64,000 nt of DNA from an uncultured archaeon. GTDB lineage: Archaea; Thermoproteota; EX4484-205; JAAOZP01. Both the position numbers and the translations under genes were made by a program. The stretch lies in contig CALIBN010000012.1 of NCBI GenBank assembly GCA_938045545.1, positions 32,001 through 96,000 of the forward strand. The letters are read 5' to 3'. Under the pieces are notes generated by a model. That model saw nothing but the letters and a program-made list of their open reading frames with translations. It was not told where the DNA came from and ran no database searches. Below are positions 9,644 to 20,120 of this stretch, one piece after another (the first letter of the stretch is position 1; each line of letters opens with the position of its first letter).

Positions 9644-10647
9644 GGCCCCGCGTAGCGATTGTGAACTCTAAATCTTTCGGGAGATTTACTGACGCTATAA
9701 GTAGGCTCGCATCAAGATGCATTGTGGATCAAATCGAAGTCTCGAAGAATGTGTCGGGGAAGGAATTGGCTGAGAAGCTCTCCGGATACCATTTTGTTGT
9801 AGCAAGCGTGACACCACGATATGGGGAAGAGTTCTTTAAAAGTAACGCAGACGTTGTCATGATTTTGAGGCATGGCATAGGCCTCGACAATGTTGATTTA
9901 AAGGCTGCGGAAGAGAATGGTGTGAAAATCGTTGCCGTACCTGGATATAAAGAAAGAGAGGCTGTTGCGGAACATACTGTAGCTTTAATGCTTTCCGCAC
10001 TGAGACGCGTCGCAGAAGCGAACGACGCCGTGAGAAAAGGCGGATGGCAAGAGCGCGCTAAATTCGTAAGTAGGAATATAAGTAGCCTCACAGTCGGTAT
10101 TGTAGGCTTCGGTAATATTGGCTCCAAGGTAGCTGAGATCCTTAGAAAAGGATTCGGCTCCAAAGTAATCGCCTACGATCCCTATGTGCAACAGGAGAAG
10201 ATGATGACTCTCGGGGTTGCACAGGTTAGCAGCATGATTGAACTTATGGCTAAAAGCGATATAGTTACTCTCCATACGAATCTCACTCCTGAAACATATC
10301 ATATCATTAGCAGGGAAACGCTAATGGGTGCGAGGAGAGGAATTATAGTGGTTAATACTGCGAGAGGAGAACTCATAGACCAAGATGCTCTCGTTGAAGC
10401 CATAGAGAAAGGCATTGTGGGTGCAGCAGCGTTGGATGTTGTTGAGAATGAGCCTATAGGTCTTGAGCACCCGCTTCTGAAATATAGTAATGTCGTGATC
10501 ACACCCCATATAGCAGCATATACTCGGGAATCGCTGGCAGCCATGGATGAGACGATTGTTGAAGCGATCTTCAACTATTTAGAAAAGAAACCGATTGAGG
10601 GTATTGTTGTAGACCCTATGAAATGCAGAAACTTAACACTTAGATAG
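9640..10647 (+). CDS. D-isomer-specific 2-hydroxyacid dehydrogenase
   Basis: GFGNIG, NTARG, LDVVENEP and TPHIAAYT motifs; ATGA overlap with the aldolase. Confidence 0.92.
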   Translation: MRPRVAIVNSKSFGRFTDAISRLASRCIVDQIEVSKNVSGKELAEKLSGYHFVVASVTPRYGEEFFKSNADVVMILRHGIGLDNVDLKAAEENGVKIVAVPGYKEREAVAEHTVALMLSALRRVAEANDAVRKGGWQERAKFVSRNISSLTVGIVGFGNIGSKVAEILRKGFGSKVIAYDPYVQQEKMMTLGVAQVSSMIELMAKSDIVTLHTNLTPETYHIISRETLMGARRGIIVVNTARGELIDQDALVEAIEKGIVGAAALDVVENEPIGLEHPLLKYSNVVITPHIAAYTRESLAAMDETIVEAIFNYLEKKPIEGIVVDPMKCRNLTLR

Positions 10648-10798
10648 TTTCGTTGCCTAGCGGTGGGACAGTATTATTACTAAAGCGCGAATTTCGGGTA
10701 ACGAATATGTTTGAAACCAGTAAATGTATTAACATAGGTATGCACATTGCACAAGTAATTTTAAGGACGAAAAGCTTTTAAATTTCAACTGGTCTTTC

Positions 10799-11383
10799 TT
10801 GTACATGAGTCTTATGGGAAAGAACGTAGTTATAATTGTAGCCAACGAGTTTGAGGATGTTGAGTTGCTATATCCTTTACTGCGTTTGAGCGAAGAAGGA
10901 GCTAAGATCACAGTTGTGCCAGTTAAGAGCGGGCTGCATCCAAGGCCTTCCGCTGAGAAGCCTGTATCCGGCAGATATGGAACGCCGGTGCCCCTTGAAG
11001 TCATGGCTCCAGGTAAGCGTTACATTATAAAAACGCTTGAAGAGATAAAACCCGAGGAAGTGGATTGCCTTCTTTTCCCCGGCGGATTCTCCCCAGATGC
11101 CTTGCGGACCAATGGGAAGGTCATTGAGCTGGTTAAGAGAGCGAATCAGCTTGGAAAGCTGATAGCAGCCATCTGCCACGGTCCTCAAGTGCTGATTTCG
11201 GCGGACATAGTTAGGGGCAAGAGGGTCACAGCATACAAGGCTGTTCGAGACGACCTGATTAACGCGGGCGCGGTTTTCGAAGATGTTCCAGCCATTAGGG
11301 ATGGGAACATAATAACGGGAAGGGTTCCAGATGATCTTCCCGAGTTCTGCCGGGAAATAATCTCCTTCCTCTCTAAACAGTGA
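10799..11383 (+). CDS. pfpI: PfpI/DJ-1 family protein
   Basis: FEDVEL, PGG and AICHGP motifs. Confidence 0.9.
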   Translation: MYMSLMGKNVVIIVANEFEDVELLYPLLRLSEEGAKITVVPVKSGLHPRPSAEKPVSGRYGTPVPLEVMAPGKRYIIKTLEEIKPEEVDCLLFPGGFSPDALRTNGKVIELVKRANQLGKLIAAICHGPQVLISADIVRGKRVTAYKAVRDDLINAGAVFEDVPAIRDGNIITGRVPDDLPEFCREIISFLSKQ

Positions 11384-11455
11384 AGCCGCGACTAAACGTC
11401 ATGATGGAAAGACAGTACGCTTCCAACCTTTAGACTAGCCTAAATCAAGCCGCCA

Positions 11456-12295
11456 TTATTTAAACCGGGTCAGCATCCTCTTCATTTTCAACGCGTCAAC
11501 CTCTAACAGGGGGGATTCACATATTATGATGAACGAGTATCCTTTTTCAACTATTATTTCTGCGAGCTTTCTGAAGTCAGGCCCGTAGTCGCTTCCAAGA
11601 GGATGATGCCGCTTCTCCCCGTAACCCTTCGAAGTCGTCTCAACCTCTGAGAAATGAACCACCAAGTTTCTCATTCTCTCGCTTCCAAGCGTTTTCTCCA
11701 CCGTGTCGAGAATCTTCTCGTAGTCTCCGCGGCTTTTAATAGAGCCTCCCGTCCTAGCGTGAACATGGGCAAAATCAAGAGTAAGCCTAACGTTTTCAAA
11801 GGTGTTTGAAAGCTCGATCAATTCTTCAAGCGTTCCAAACTGGTCCGGCTTGCCCGTTGTCTCAGGCCCCAGCTCCACACTAATCCTTTTCTCATCCATC
11901 TTCTCCAACACATTTTTAAAAGCCTCCTTCTGCGCCTGCATCGCAAGCTCCCTAGGAAGCCCGCTGTAGTAGCCCGGGTGGAAAGTCACATGGAAGGCTC
12001 CCATCCACGAGGCTATTTCAGCGGACTTGACTAGTCTCCGGATGCTCTGCCTTCTAACAAGCTTCCTGTCTGAGGAAAGGTTTATCGCATAGGGGCCGTG
12101 GAGAGTCAGGAGAATATCGTTCTCCGACGCGGTTGAGCCGAGCTCGACGGCAGGCTTCCTGCTTATCCTAAGGCTTCTCACAGCCTGGTATTCCATCGCG
12201 TTGAGCCCTATCTTCCTCAGGTAGGGCATCGCGTCTGTCCCATGCGGACCTTTTAACGGGAACCCGGCTGGCCCGATTCTACACTGGGGCGGCAA
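11456..12295 (-). CDS. nfo: Endonuclease IV family AP endonuclease
   Basis: HGPYAINL, FHPG, PETTGK, DFAHVHAR and ICESP motifs. Confidence 0.88.
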   Translation of the reverse strand: MPPQCRIGPAGFPLKGPHGTDAMPYLRKIGLNAMEYQAVRSLRISRKPAVELGSTASENDILLTLHGPYAINLSSDRKLVRRQSIRRLVKSAEIASWMGAFHVTFHPGYYSGLPRELAMQAQKEAFKNVLEKMDEKRISVELGPETTGKPDQFGTLEELIELSNTFENVRLTLDFAHVHARTGGSIKSRGDYEKILDTVEKTLGSERMRNLVVHFSEVETTSKGYGEKRHHPLGSDYGPDFRKLAEIIVEKGYSFIIICESPLLEVDALKMKRMLTRFK

Positions 12296-12384
12296 TGCTG
12301 AAGAAAGTGTAGAAGTGTTTTTTAAACATTAAGCCGAGCGGATTCAACCCTAGGGGAAGATTCCTACCGCAGTTAACCCATAGA

Positions 12385-12852
12385 CTAGGTTTGCGCAGTC
12401 CTAGCCTTCTTTTCCGCAAGCAGCTTCCCGTAGTATTCAACCCAGCTGTCGTCGACTGGTCTAAACTTGAAGCCGTAGCTTATTATCCCTCCATCTTCCT
12501 GCTCGAAAAGCTTTCGGAAGCAGACTTCAACCTCCATCCCTATGTGCACGTCTTCAGGCTTGCAGTCCACTATTTGCGAGAGGACCCTTGGACCCTCCTG
12601 AAGCTCGATCAGCCCTATGACGTATGGGGCATACTCGTCGAATGTTTTAGAGCCGACATGGATCACCGTGTAGCTGAAAACCCTGCCTCTGCCTGAGAAC
12701 TCGACCTCCCTAGTCCTGCCTTTTCTCCGGCACTTCGGGCAGATCTTCCTACGTGGGAAGAAGCTTGTCCCACAGTTCTCGCAGTATGTGCCGAGAAGCC
12801 TGTATCTTTCCCTTTGACTCCTCCAGTGTCTAGGCACTCCGGAGACACTCAC
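12385..12852 (-). CDS. DUF35 Zn-ribbon/OB-fold protein (scaffold of thiolase-HMG-CoA synthase complex)
   Basis: CENCG..FFPRRKICPKC and GFKFRP; in operon with thiolase and HMG-CoA synthase. Confidence 0.92.
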   Translation of the reverse strand: MSVSGVPRHWRSQRERYRLLGTYCENCGTSFFPRRKICPKCRRKGRTREVEFSGRGRVFSYTVIHVGSKTFDEYAPYVIGLIELQEGPRVLSQIVDCKPEDVHIGMEVEVCFRKLFEQEDGGIISYGFKFRPVDDSWVEYYGKLLAEKKARTAQT

Positions 12853-12858
12853 GCTGTT

Positions 12859-14025
12859 TCACCTCCTTGAAAGTATGGTTACGACAGCGGTGGCGCCCGA
12901 CCCGCCTACGTTGTGCGCTAAGCCGATCTCAGCCTCGTCTACCTGCCTGCCCCCCTCCGCCTCTCCCCTCAGCTGCTTCACGATCTCAACTAGCTGTTTT
13001 ACTCCGGTTGCGCCGACCGCGTGTCCGCCTGCCTTCAGCCCCCCGTCGGTGTTCACCGGCAACCTGCCTCCAACATAGGTCTCCCCCTCCTCGTAAAGCT
13101 TGAACGCCTCCCCCTTGGCGCAGAAGCCAAGGTCCTCTAGAGCCAGTATCTCCGCTATCGTGAAACAGTCATGCACCTCAACCAAGTCGACATCCCTCCT
13201 GGCGAGCTTAGCCATCGCGAAAGCCTTCTCCGCAGCTTGCACCGTCGCGTTCAGGGTGCATATGTCCCTCCTTTCAAGGAGGCTGAGCGTGTCTGATGCT
13301 TGCGCCACACCCTTAACGATTATCGGCGTGTCCGTGTATTTATGCGCCTCATCCAGCGGTGCAAGCAGCACGCAGGCAGCACCGTCTGAAACAGGGCAGC
13401 AGTCATTCCTCCTTAACGGATGGGCTACGATGGGGGAGGAGAGCACGTCCTCCACAGTCATCCTGTTCCTGAAGTGTGCAAGCGGGTTCATGCTTCCATG
13501 GTAATGGTTTTTAACAGCTACTTTGGCAAGCGTCTCCGGCTTAAGGCCGTAATCATGCATATATCTGGTTGCCATCAGCGCGTAAACACCTGGGAAAGTG
13601 GCACCGAAGTATGCTTCCCACTCATAGTCCATTGCTGCTGAAAGAATCTCAGTAGCCTGTCCTGGTTCAACGTCAGTCATCTTCTCAACCCCGCCGACAG
13701 CCACAAGGTCATACATGCCTGACGCTACAGCCAAGTAGCCTTGGAAGAAAGCCACCCCGCCGGAGGCACATGCAGCCTCAACCCTTGTAGCTGGCACAGG
13801 GTTCAACCCCAGGAAGTCCGCCACAAGGGCTCCAACATGCTCCTGCCCTTCGAACATTCCTCCAGACATGTTTCCGAAGACGATGTACTGAATATCTTTT
13901 CCGCTTATGCCTGCTTCTTCAACAGCCTGGACCCCTGCTTCCCACGCCAAGTCCTTAAGACCCTTGCTCCAGTGTTCCCCGAACCTTGTTGCGCCAACAG
14001 CCACTATCGCAACCTCTCTCTTCAA
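12859..14025 (-). CDS. Acetoacetyl-CoA thiolase
   Basis: EAACASG, VEVHDCF and GHAVGATG motifs. Start set at TTG 14025 after a GGTGA SD. Confidence 0.93.
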   Translation of the reverse strand: MKREVAIVAVGATRFGEHWSKGLKDLAWEAGVQAVEEAGISGKDIQYIVFGNMSGGMFEGQEHVGALVADFLGLNPVPATRVEAACASGGVAFFQGYLAVASGMYDLVAVGGVEKMTDVEPGQATEILSAAMDYEWEAYFGATFPGVYALMATRYMHDYGLKPETLAKVAVKNHYHGSMNPLAHFRNRMTVEDVLSSPIVAHPLRRNDCCPVSDGAACVLLAPLDEAHKYTDTPIIVKGVAQASDTLSLLERRDICTLNATVQAAEKAFAMAKLARRDVDLVEVHDCFTIAEILALEDLGFCAKGEAFKLYEEGETYVGGRLPVNTDGGLKAGGHAVGATGVKQLVEIVKQLRGEAEGGRQVDEAEIGLAHNVGGSGATAVVTILSRR

Positions 14026-14032
14026 ACCATGG

Positions 14033-15094
14033 TCACCTCTCTTTGAAAAGCCTCCTGTACCTCGCATAGGTCGAGTAATCTATGTATTCACGCTTATCCA
14101 GGTAGTATATCACAGGCGGGGCCAGCTTCCTCTTGGAATCTATGGCTGCCGTCACCCTTATGCTGAAAGAGTCTGAGCCGGCTCCAGAACCATATGAGGT
14201 TAGCAGAATCCTTTCCCCGGGGCTTGCAACATCCAAGACTGCTGCCAGGCCGAGTAGAGAGGAGCCTGAGTAAGTGTTTCCGAGGCGGTTGACCAGGAGA
14301 CCAGGATGGAGCTTCTTATCCTCGAAGCCGAGCTCCCTGGCGGCTTTCAACGGGAACTTCGAGTTAGGCTGGTGGAACACTACGTAATCGTAATCCCGAG
14401 GTGTTGTCCCAGTTTTCTCCAACAGGATCCTCGTGCAGTTTATAACGTGCTCGAAGTACGCGGGCTCGCCTGTGAATCTTCCAGCGTGTCTAGGGTAGCT
14501 GTCGCCATCCCTCCTCCAGAAGTCAGGGACATCCTGCGTGTAGGAATATGTTGCCTCAACCTCGGCGATCACACCTTCTCCCGCGCCTATTACGTAAGCG
14601 GCTCCGCCTGCTGCAGCAGTATACTCGAGCGCATCCCTAGGTGCTCCCTGAGCTGTGTCAGCCCCTATCGAGATACCGTACCTTATGTATCCTGCCTTAA
14701 CCATCCCTAAGCATGCTTGGATTGCTGTTGTAGCAGCCTTGCAGGCGAACTCTGTGTCTGCCGCGGTTAGGCTTGGCGTTAAGCCCAGGGCTTCTGCGAC
14801 GGTTGCTGCCGTCGGCTTAACAACATACGGGTGGGATTCTGAGCCCACGAACAGGGCGCCGACCTCGCTCGGCTTAACCTCCCGCGCCCGCCTCATAGCG
14901 TTTCTCGCAGCCTCAACGGCTATCGTCGCGGTATCCTCGTCTAGCGACGGAACAGACTTCTCCTCTATTCCAAGCCCCTCCCTGTAGGAGTTGGCATCAT
15001 GCCCCCAGACTCTCGCTATCTCTTCAACCCTGATTCTCAGCCTAGGCACGTATGCTCCGTAGCCAACTATCCCAACCCTCATGCTTGAATCCAA
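14033..15094 (-). CDS. Hydroxymethylglutaryl-CoA synthase
   Basis: GSESHPY, EFACKA, FHQPN, GNTYSG and SYGSGAG motifs. Confidence 0.95.
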   Translation of the reverse strand: MDSSMRVGIVGYGAYVPRLRIRVEEIARVWGHDANSYREGLGIEEKSVPSLDEDTATIAVEAARNAMRRAREVKPSEVGALFVGSESHPYVVKPTAATVAEALGLTPSLTAADTEFACKAATTAIQACLGMVKAGYIRYGISIGADTAQGAPRDALEYTAAAGGAAYVIGAGEGVIAEVEATYSYTQDVPDFWRRDGDSYPRHAGRFTGEPAYFEHVINCTRILLEKTGTTPRDYDYVVFHQPNSKFPLKAARELGFEDKKLHPGLLVNRLGNTYSGSSLLGLAAVLDVASPGERILLTSYGSGAGSDSFSIRVTAAIDSKRKLAPPVIYYLDKREYIDYSTYARYRRLFKER

Positions 15095-15233
15095 TGTTTG
15101 CGCTTCTTCGGGAAACCGGTATTTAACCTTACCATTAGATGTTCAGAAAACATCCGTCTAAAGTCGACTGATTTTCAACCGTAAAAACGTGTTCGCAGGT
15201 TACATCAACCGGAACATAGAAAAGGAGTGAGCT

Positions 15234-16868
15234 TCATCGATAAGGCTTTTGGAGAAGAGTGTTAAGCCGGGTTACTACATGTTCCCTGCCCAGTGTCGCA
15301 AGCAGGTAGCCGAGCCTTGGGCCACTTCCTCTTCCTGTGAAAACCATGTAAAGCTTCTCGAAGAAGCTTGACGAGGGGATGCCGTGCCTACGGGCAGTGG
15401 AGTAAATAATGTTCTGTATTTCCTCGCCGTTAAACTCTTTAAGCGACGACAACTCTTCCACAAGCTCCTTTAAGGCCTGTTTGAAGCCGCTTAAATCCAC
15501 TTCCACGGGTTCCCTCTTCAAAACGTACTTGCTGGCATCCGCGAACGTCGAAAGCCAGTTTCCAGCAAGCCTAAGTCTCCGGAGCACCCTCTCCCTGTCT
15601 TCTTCACACGCCTCCTCTTTTACGACGCCTGCCCTAACCAGGCTTCTGTAAGCCTCCTCAACCGGGTAGAACTGGACGACGTAGCTTGCAAGCAGGTAGC
15701 TTACTCTCAACGGCTTTTTCGCAGGGACTTTTCCAACTATCGCAGGATATATTCTCGCAGCCTCCTCCGAGTCCCCTTTGAAAAAGCTCTCCTCAAACCT
15801 GTCGAACTCCTCAACTAGGAGGTGTAGATTCTTCAAGTCGATATTCCTCTGCATCATTGGCCTCTTAGTGTAGAGGTACTTTATCACCTCGGGCTCAAGA
15901 ACCTTCAGCAGGTCGTGCAGTATGTACGCGTTACCCTTTCTACTCGACATTTTCTCGCCGTTAACAAGGAAGAACTCGTAGACGAGGCTTGCCGGCGGCT
16001 CTATCCCGTAGACTTCCCTGGCCAATGCTTGACCAGACTTCCAGGAGCCCTCGTAATGATCCTTTCCGAAGGGCTCCGCGTTAACCTGGAAAACCCTCCA
16101 CTGTGCAACCCATTCTAGACGCCAGGGAAGCTTACCCTCTTTAAGCGTTGAAAAACCCCTGTGTCCACAGCCCTTTATCACGTATTTCCCGGCTAGAACC
16201 CTCCCTTTACACTCGTACTCAACAGTCTCGCTGCCAAGGTCGAAGCTTAGAGCCGTCGTCGTTATTTTCCCACAGTTGTCGCAGACAGGGTGGAAAGGTA
16301 TCCAGTTTTTCTCAACGTTTCTCTGAAACCTGCTTAAAACCTCCCTTACGAGCATCGTCTTAGAGAGGGTCAGCCTAGTGGCTTCGAGAAACCTTCCGCT
16401 CGCGTAAGACTCGCTGTTATCATAGTTCTCCACGACTATTCCTATTCTGCTCAACCCGTCTTGAATCACGGAGTTGAAATGCTCCCCCCAAGACCTGTGG
16501 CATCCGAAGACATCCGGTATACGGCTGTACGGCCAGCCTAAGTGTTTTTCAAGCGTCGCAAGCTCCTGCTCCGTGAAAACGTGCCACTCCCCGTCCCCGT
16601 CGGGCGCGGAAGGCGGAATAGTTCTGAGAGGATCCATGTCGTCGTTAGTGTAGAGCAGCCTTGCGCGAACACCCTTCCTGGTTAAAGCATCATGTATGAA
16701 GAAGGCGCGTATCTGGTCGTTCAGATTGCCTATGTGTTTCCCTCCTGAAGGAGAGCCGCCGCTCTTAACGGTCACGATGGACATGTTGTTTCTCCTAGCA
16801 TGCTCAATCGCCGCATCGGCCACCGCATCAGCCCAGAACACGAACCTGCCCTTATTCCTGTTCTCCAT
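15234..16868 (-). CDS. lysS: Lysyl-tRNA synthetase, class I
   Basis: PSGGKHIGN (HIGH-like), KMSSRKGN, EPFGKDH and GPRLG motifs. Confidence 0.95.
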   Translation of the reverse strand: MENRNKGRFVFWADAVADAAIEHARRNNMSIVTVKSGGSPSGGKHIGNLNDQIRAFFIHDALTRKGVRARLLYTNDDMDPLRTIPPSAPDGDGEWHVFTEQELATLEKHLGWPYSRIPDVFGCHRSWGEHFNSVIQDGLSRIGIVVENYDNSESYASGRFLEATRLTLSKTMLVREVLSRFQRNVEKNWIPFHPVCDNCGKITTTALSFDLGSETVEYECKGRVLAGKYVIKGCGHRGFSTLKEGKLPWRLEWVAQWRVFQVNAEPFGKDHYEGSWKSGQALAREVYGIEPPASLVYEFFLVNGEKMSSRKGNAYILHDLLKVLEPEVIKYLYTKRPMMQRNIDLKNLHLLVEEFDRFEESFFKGDSEEAARIYPAIVGKVPAKKPLRVSYLLASYVVQFYPVEEAYRSLVRAGVVKEEACEEDRERVLRRLRLAGNWLSTFADASKYVLKREPVEVDLSGFKQALKELVEELSSLKEFNGEEIQNIIYSTARRHGIPSSSFFEKLYMVFTGRGSGPRLGYLLATLGREHVVTRLNTLLQKPYR

Positions 16869-16919
16869 GCTTGGTTGAGGCGAATTAGGTTTAAAAGCCT
16901 ATGTAAATAAAGTTTAACA

Positions 16920-17013
16920 GGGCCCGTGGCCAAGCCAGGATAAAGGCGTCGAGAGGATTGCTCGCGCAGGCCTCCGGAGCCGGAGAACCTGGGTTCAAAT
17001 CCCAGCGGGCCCG
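16920..17013 (+). tRNA. tRNA-Arg(CCG) with an 18-nt non-canonical intron at 29/30 (16952-16969)
   Basis: Acceptor GGGCCCG/CGGGCCC, T-arm CTGGG-TTCAAAT-CCCAG, anticodon CCG 16974-16976. BHB: GCGT/GCGC helix, bulges CG|A and AG|G, inner helix GAG/CTC. Confidence 0.9.
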
Positions 17014-17119
17014 CTGCCCCAGGTTTGACGCGTTAAAAGGGTACGAACATGCTCGGGGAAAGTTTGTGTTTTTGTCCTGGAAAAAAGGTTTCCAGACGAT
17101 GCTGGTTAACGGCTTAGCT

Positions 17120-18172
17120 TTAAACTCTTCTAGGCCTCCTGTCCAGCGCCTTCGGCAGGGGTGGGAATTTCTTATGGGGCTCAGACTGATACCAGTATGC
17201 TACGCTCGAATAATCGTTACCCTGGTCGTTAGCATGCCCGTGTTCAATAGTCACCCTGATTGACTTCGTGAACCGAACCGGGTCTTCTATGTGAAACCTG
17301 TAGACGCTCCATTTTCCAGACCACTCTACAGTGTCTCCGGCAAGTGAGACGCCGTGATACGGCCCCGAGTACTCCCCGCATGGGAAGCCCCACGCAGCTA
17401 AGAAGTAGTCCTCAGTGCCGGTGCCATGGATGCTGGGAGGCCATTTTTCCCCGTCTACGAAAATCATGTCGTCACCCTCTCCGAACCACGTGTACTTCTG
17501 GTGGAAAGCGTTGAAATTGTCCACGTGGAGAACGCATCCCACATAGTGGCCTACGCCCTCCGCGTAAAGTATTAAATAGTTGTCTTCACCAGTAGTGTTT
17601 AAGCCCTCCCCGCTGTGTTCAACCGGGGTGCACGGATTCTCCCTGTTCCACCAGCAGTGGAACCTGCCGTAGTCGTCAGGTATTTCGTCAAACTGCTCGT
17701 AGTCTATGTGGAAGTAAAGTATAACCTCGTCGTCCTTCTCGTTCTCAACCTCTATCCTAGCCCCGTTTGAGAACGGCATTGGAAAGTAGCAGTTCATCCC
17801 CGCGTTGACCCCTCTGCCGGGTCCCCTCACCATGCTTAACGGAAGCGAAACGAAATGATTTGCAACACCGTGACCGACCCCAAAAAAGTCTCCGAGAGGT
17901 GTTTCAACGCTAGCATCCTGCTCACCATCCCAGTACATTCTCAACACGGCGTCTCTAAGGCAGAGCTTGTTGAGGGAGCTCACCGTGAACCATATGTGTC
18001 TTATTATTCCCGCGCCCTTGATTCCAGCAATATTAACTTTTTCACGTGAACCTATAATCCAGTAATCCTTGTTGCCACCAGTCTTGTCGAAGGAGGAGAG
18101 CCTTCTGGTTTTAGCGTGAACTATCCTAGGCAGGTTTGAAAGCGGCCCGTTTAGAAAGTTTAACCCGTTCAT
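17120..18172 (-). CDS. DUF2961 / GH172 glycoside hydrolase (furanosidase-type)
   Basis: PLGDFFG, NCYFPMPF, WFGEGDD, HGTGTEDYF and SSVAYWYQ motifs. Confidence 0.9.
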   Translation of the reverse strand: MNGLNFLNGPLSNLPRIVHAKTRRLSSFDKTGGNKDYWIIGSREKVNIAGIKGAGIIRHIWFTVSSLNKLCLRDAVLRMYWDGEQDASVETPLGDFFGVGHGVANHFVSLPLSMVRGPGRGVNAGMNCYFPMPFSNGARIEVENEKDDEVILYFHIDYEQFDEIPDDYGRFHCWWNRENPCTPVEHSGEGLNTTGEDNYLILYAEGVGHYVGCVLHVDNFNAFHQKYTWFGEGDDMIFVDGEKWPPSIHGTGTEDYFLAAWGFPCGEYSGPYHGVSLAGDTVEWSGKWSVYRFHIEDPVRFTKSIRVTIEHGHANDQGNDYSSVAYWYQSEPHKKFPPLPKALDRRPRRV

Positions 18173-18232
18173 GAAGCGGGTGGGAACGTTTGCTTTTTAA
18201 AGGTTTCCCAGTGAAACCTGTTTTTAAGGCTT

Positions 18233-19099
18233 TTAGAAAACCACTTCCTCGAAAAGCCTTAGAAACCTGTCGACGTCAACATTCAAACACACAGATGAAT
18301 TAGGAGTGCCGTTGGTTGGAACGGTGAAGCCGCGCGTATACTCTCCTTTAAGCTCAACCTCAACCCTGGTTTTCTCAGCATTAACAACCTTGCCGTCCAC
18401 CAGCGTGGCTAAAGCCAGAGGGTCGTGTAAAACCGGCTGCCTGAGACCGGTGCTCCCAGTCCAAGCGTCAAGCATTGCTGAAACAAGCCTGTGCTCAGGC
18501 TTCCCGCTGGACTTTAATTTCTCAACCATGTTCACAGGCATTACGCATTTCATCGTGACATCCAACCCGACTAGAAGAGGATTCAAACCTGACTTCAGAA
18601 CAAGGCTTAAAGCCTCAGGGTCGCATTTAACATTGTATTCAGCGCCAGAACCCTTGAAGACCCCTGCCATCGAGGTTAGTCTAACCCTCTTCTCGATACC
18701 GTGGTTAAAGAGTAGTGTTAAAGCAATGTTCGTCATCGGGCCTATGCTGACAAGGTTAAGCCCATCAACTTCACAGGCTTTCTCAGAAATAATTTTCCAA
18801 GCCGGCGTCTCCAGAATGTTTGGAAAAGCCTCACCCTCCTTTAAAACCTCTGCTTGACAGGGCTTCCATCCGGGTTTAAACCCAAGGAGGCTCTGGGGTG
18901 AGCCTTGGGCCACGGGTGTTTTCAAGCCTAGTGTTGATATGAGCTTGGAGGCCAGCCTGGCCCTCGTCTCAACGTCGCCCCAGACGACAGTAACCGCCTC
19001 AAGCTCCAGCTCGCTGCACTTCAGCGCGAACAACAGTGCAAAAGCATCATCTATGTCGTCACCTATATCAGTATCCAGAATTATCGGCTTAACCGTCAT
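18233..19099 (-). CDS. Inosine-uridine preferring nucleoside hydrolase family
   Basis: DTDIGDDIDDA, GPMTN, EYN and LHDPL motifs. Confidence 0.9.
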   Translation of the reverse strand: MTVKPIILDTDIGDDIDDAFALLFALKCSELELEAVTVVWGDVETRARLASKLISTLGLKTPVAQGSPQSLLGFKPGWKPCQAEVLKEGEAFPNILETPAWKIISEKACEVDGLNLVSIGPMTNIALTLLFNHGIEKRVRLTSMAGVFKGSGAEYNVKCDPEALSLVLKSGLNPLLVGLDVTMKCVMPVNMVEKLKSSGKPEHRLVSAMLDAWTGSTGLRQPVLHDPLALATLVDGKVVNAEKTRVEVELKGEYTRGFTVPTNGTPNSSVCLNVDVDRFLRLFEEVVF

Positions 19100-19189
19100 G
19101 CTAAGCCTAGAGAAATGTTTTCTCGGGTTAATAAAGAATGCTTTTCAAAGTTGGATGGATTAAAAATCTTAAAAACGGGTAATGTTTAA

Positions 19190-20082
19190 ATGAAACAGCC
19201 GTTTAATGCTAACTGCATGCATAGATCAAAAGCCGTTTTAATATTAGGTTACGTAAAGTTAACCCGCCCTTTGGGCTCTTTTCTAATAGGCTTAGCTGCC
19301 TTTCTGGGCCAAGTGGTTGCCCTGGAGGGTTTACCATCTTTGCCCCTTGCTGTTTTCCCGTTTTTAGCCTCATTTTTCATTACCGCTTCATCTTTTGCTT
19401 TCAACGACTATTTTTGACTTTGAGATTGACAGGATCAACAGGCCGAGTCGGCCGATTCCATCGGGAATTGTTTCAAGAGGATCCGCGCTTGTTTCAAGTT
19501 TAATATTTGCTTTACTAGGTTTTTCATCGCTTTAACGACGAATATTCAAGCATTTGTAGTATTTTCAATCGCATTCTTCCTATCGGTTGTTTACAGCATA
19601 TATGGTAAGGCTTACGGCCTTCTAGGGAACATGATGGTTGCCTTCTGCGTCTCCACGCCCTTCGTATTTGGAGCTCTTTCAGCCACTGCTTCCATAAGTT
19701 ATGTTGTTTTTTCGTTTTTCATACTCAGCTTCTTTTCTAACCTTGGCAGGGAAATAGTTCAAAGCATTCATGACATGGAGGGAGACAGTTGAAGAAAATA
19801 AGGAGTGTTGCAATTGTTCACGGCCCTCTGGTTGCCGCCATCCTAGGATCAGCGTGCTACGCCGTAACGGTTTTTCTAGGACCATTATTGTTTCTAAACA
19901 TATTTGAAAAAACAGAGCTTTTTCCCCTACTAATCGTTATTGCTTCGGAAATAGGTTTCCTTGTCTCAATATTTTACCTTTTAAAGAATCCCTCGAAAGA
20001 AAGGGCGTTAAAAACCATAAGGCAAGTAAACCTCTGGATGTTTTTAATTCTAATCGGTTCCATCATGGCTGCCAGTCTTTGA
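19190..20082 (+). pseudogene. UbiA-family prenyltransferase (DGGGP-synthase-like), frameshifted
   Basis: An extra T near 19415 splits NDYF/DFEIDRINRPSRPIPSG. A second Asp-rich motif (REIVQSIHDMEGD) lies near 19750-19790. Several frame breaks. Confidence 0.85.
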
Positions 20083-20120
20083 ATAAAGGTTATTGGAAAT
20101 AGATGTGAAAAATCTTGCTG

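Noticed and set aside
16958-17263. 101-aa ORF on the + strand
   Set aside because: It overlaps tRNA-Arg and the GH172 gene and has no motif.
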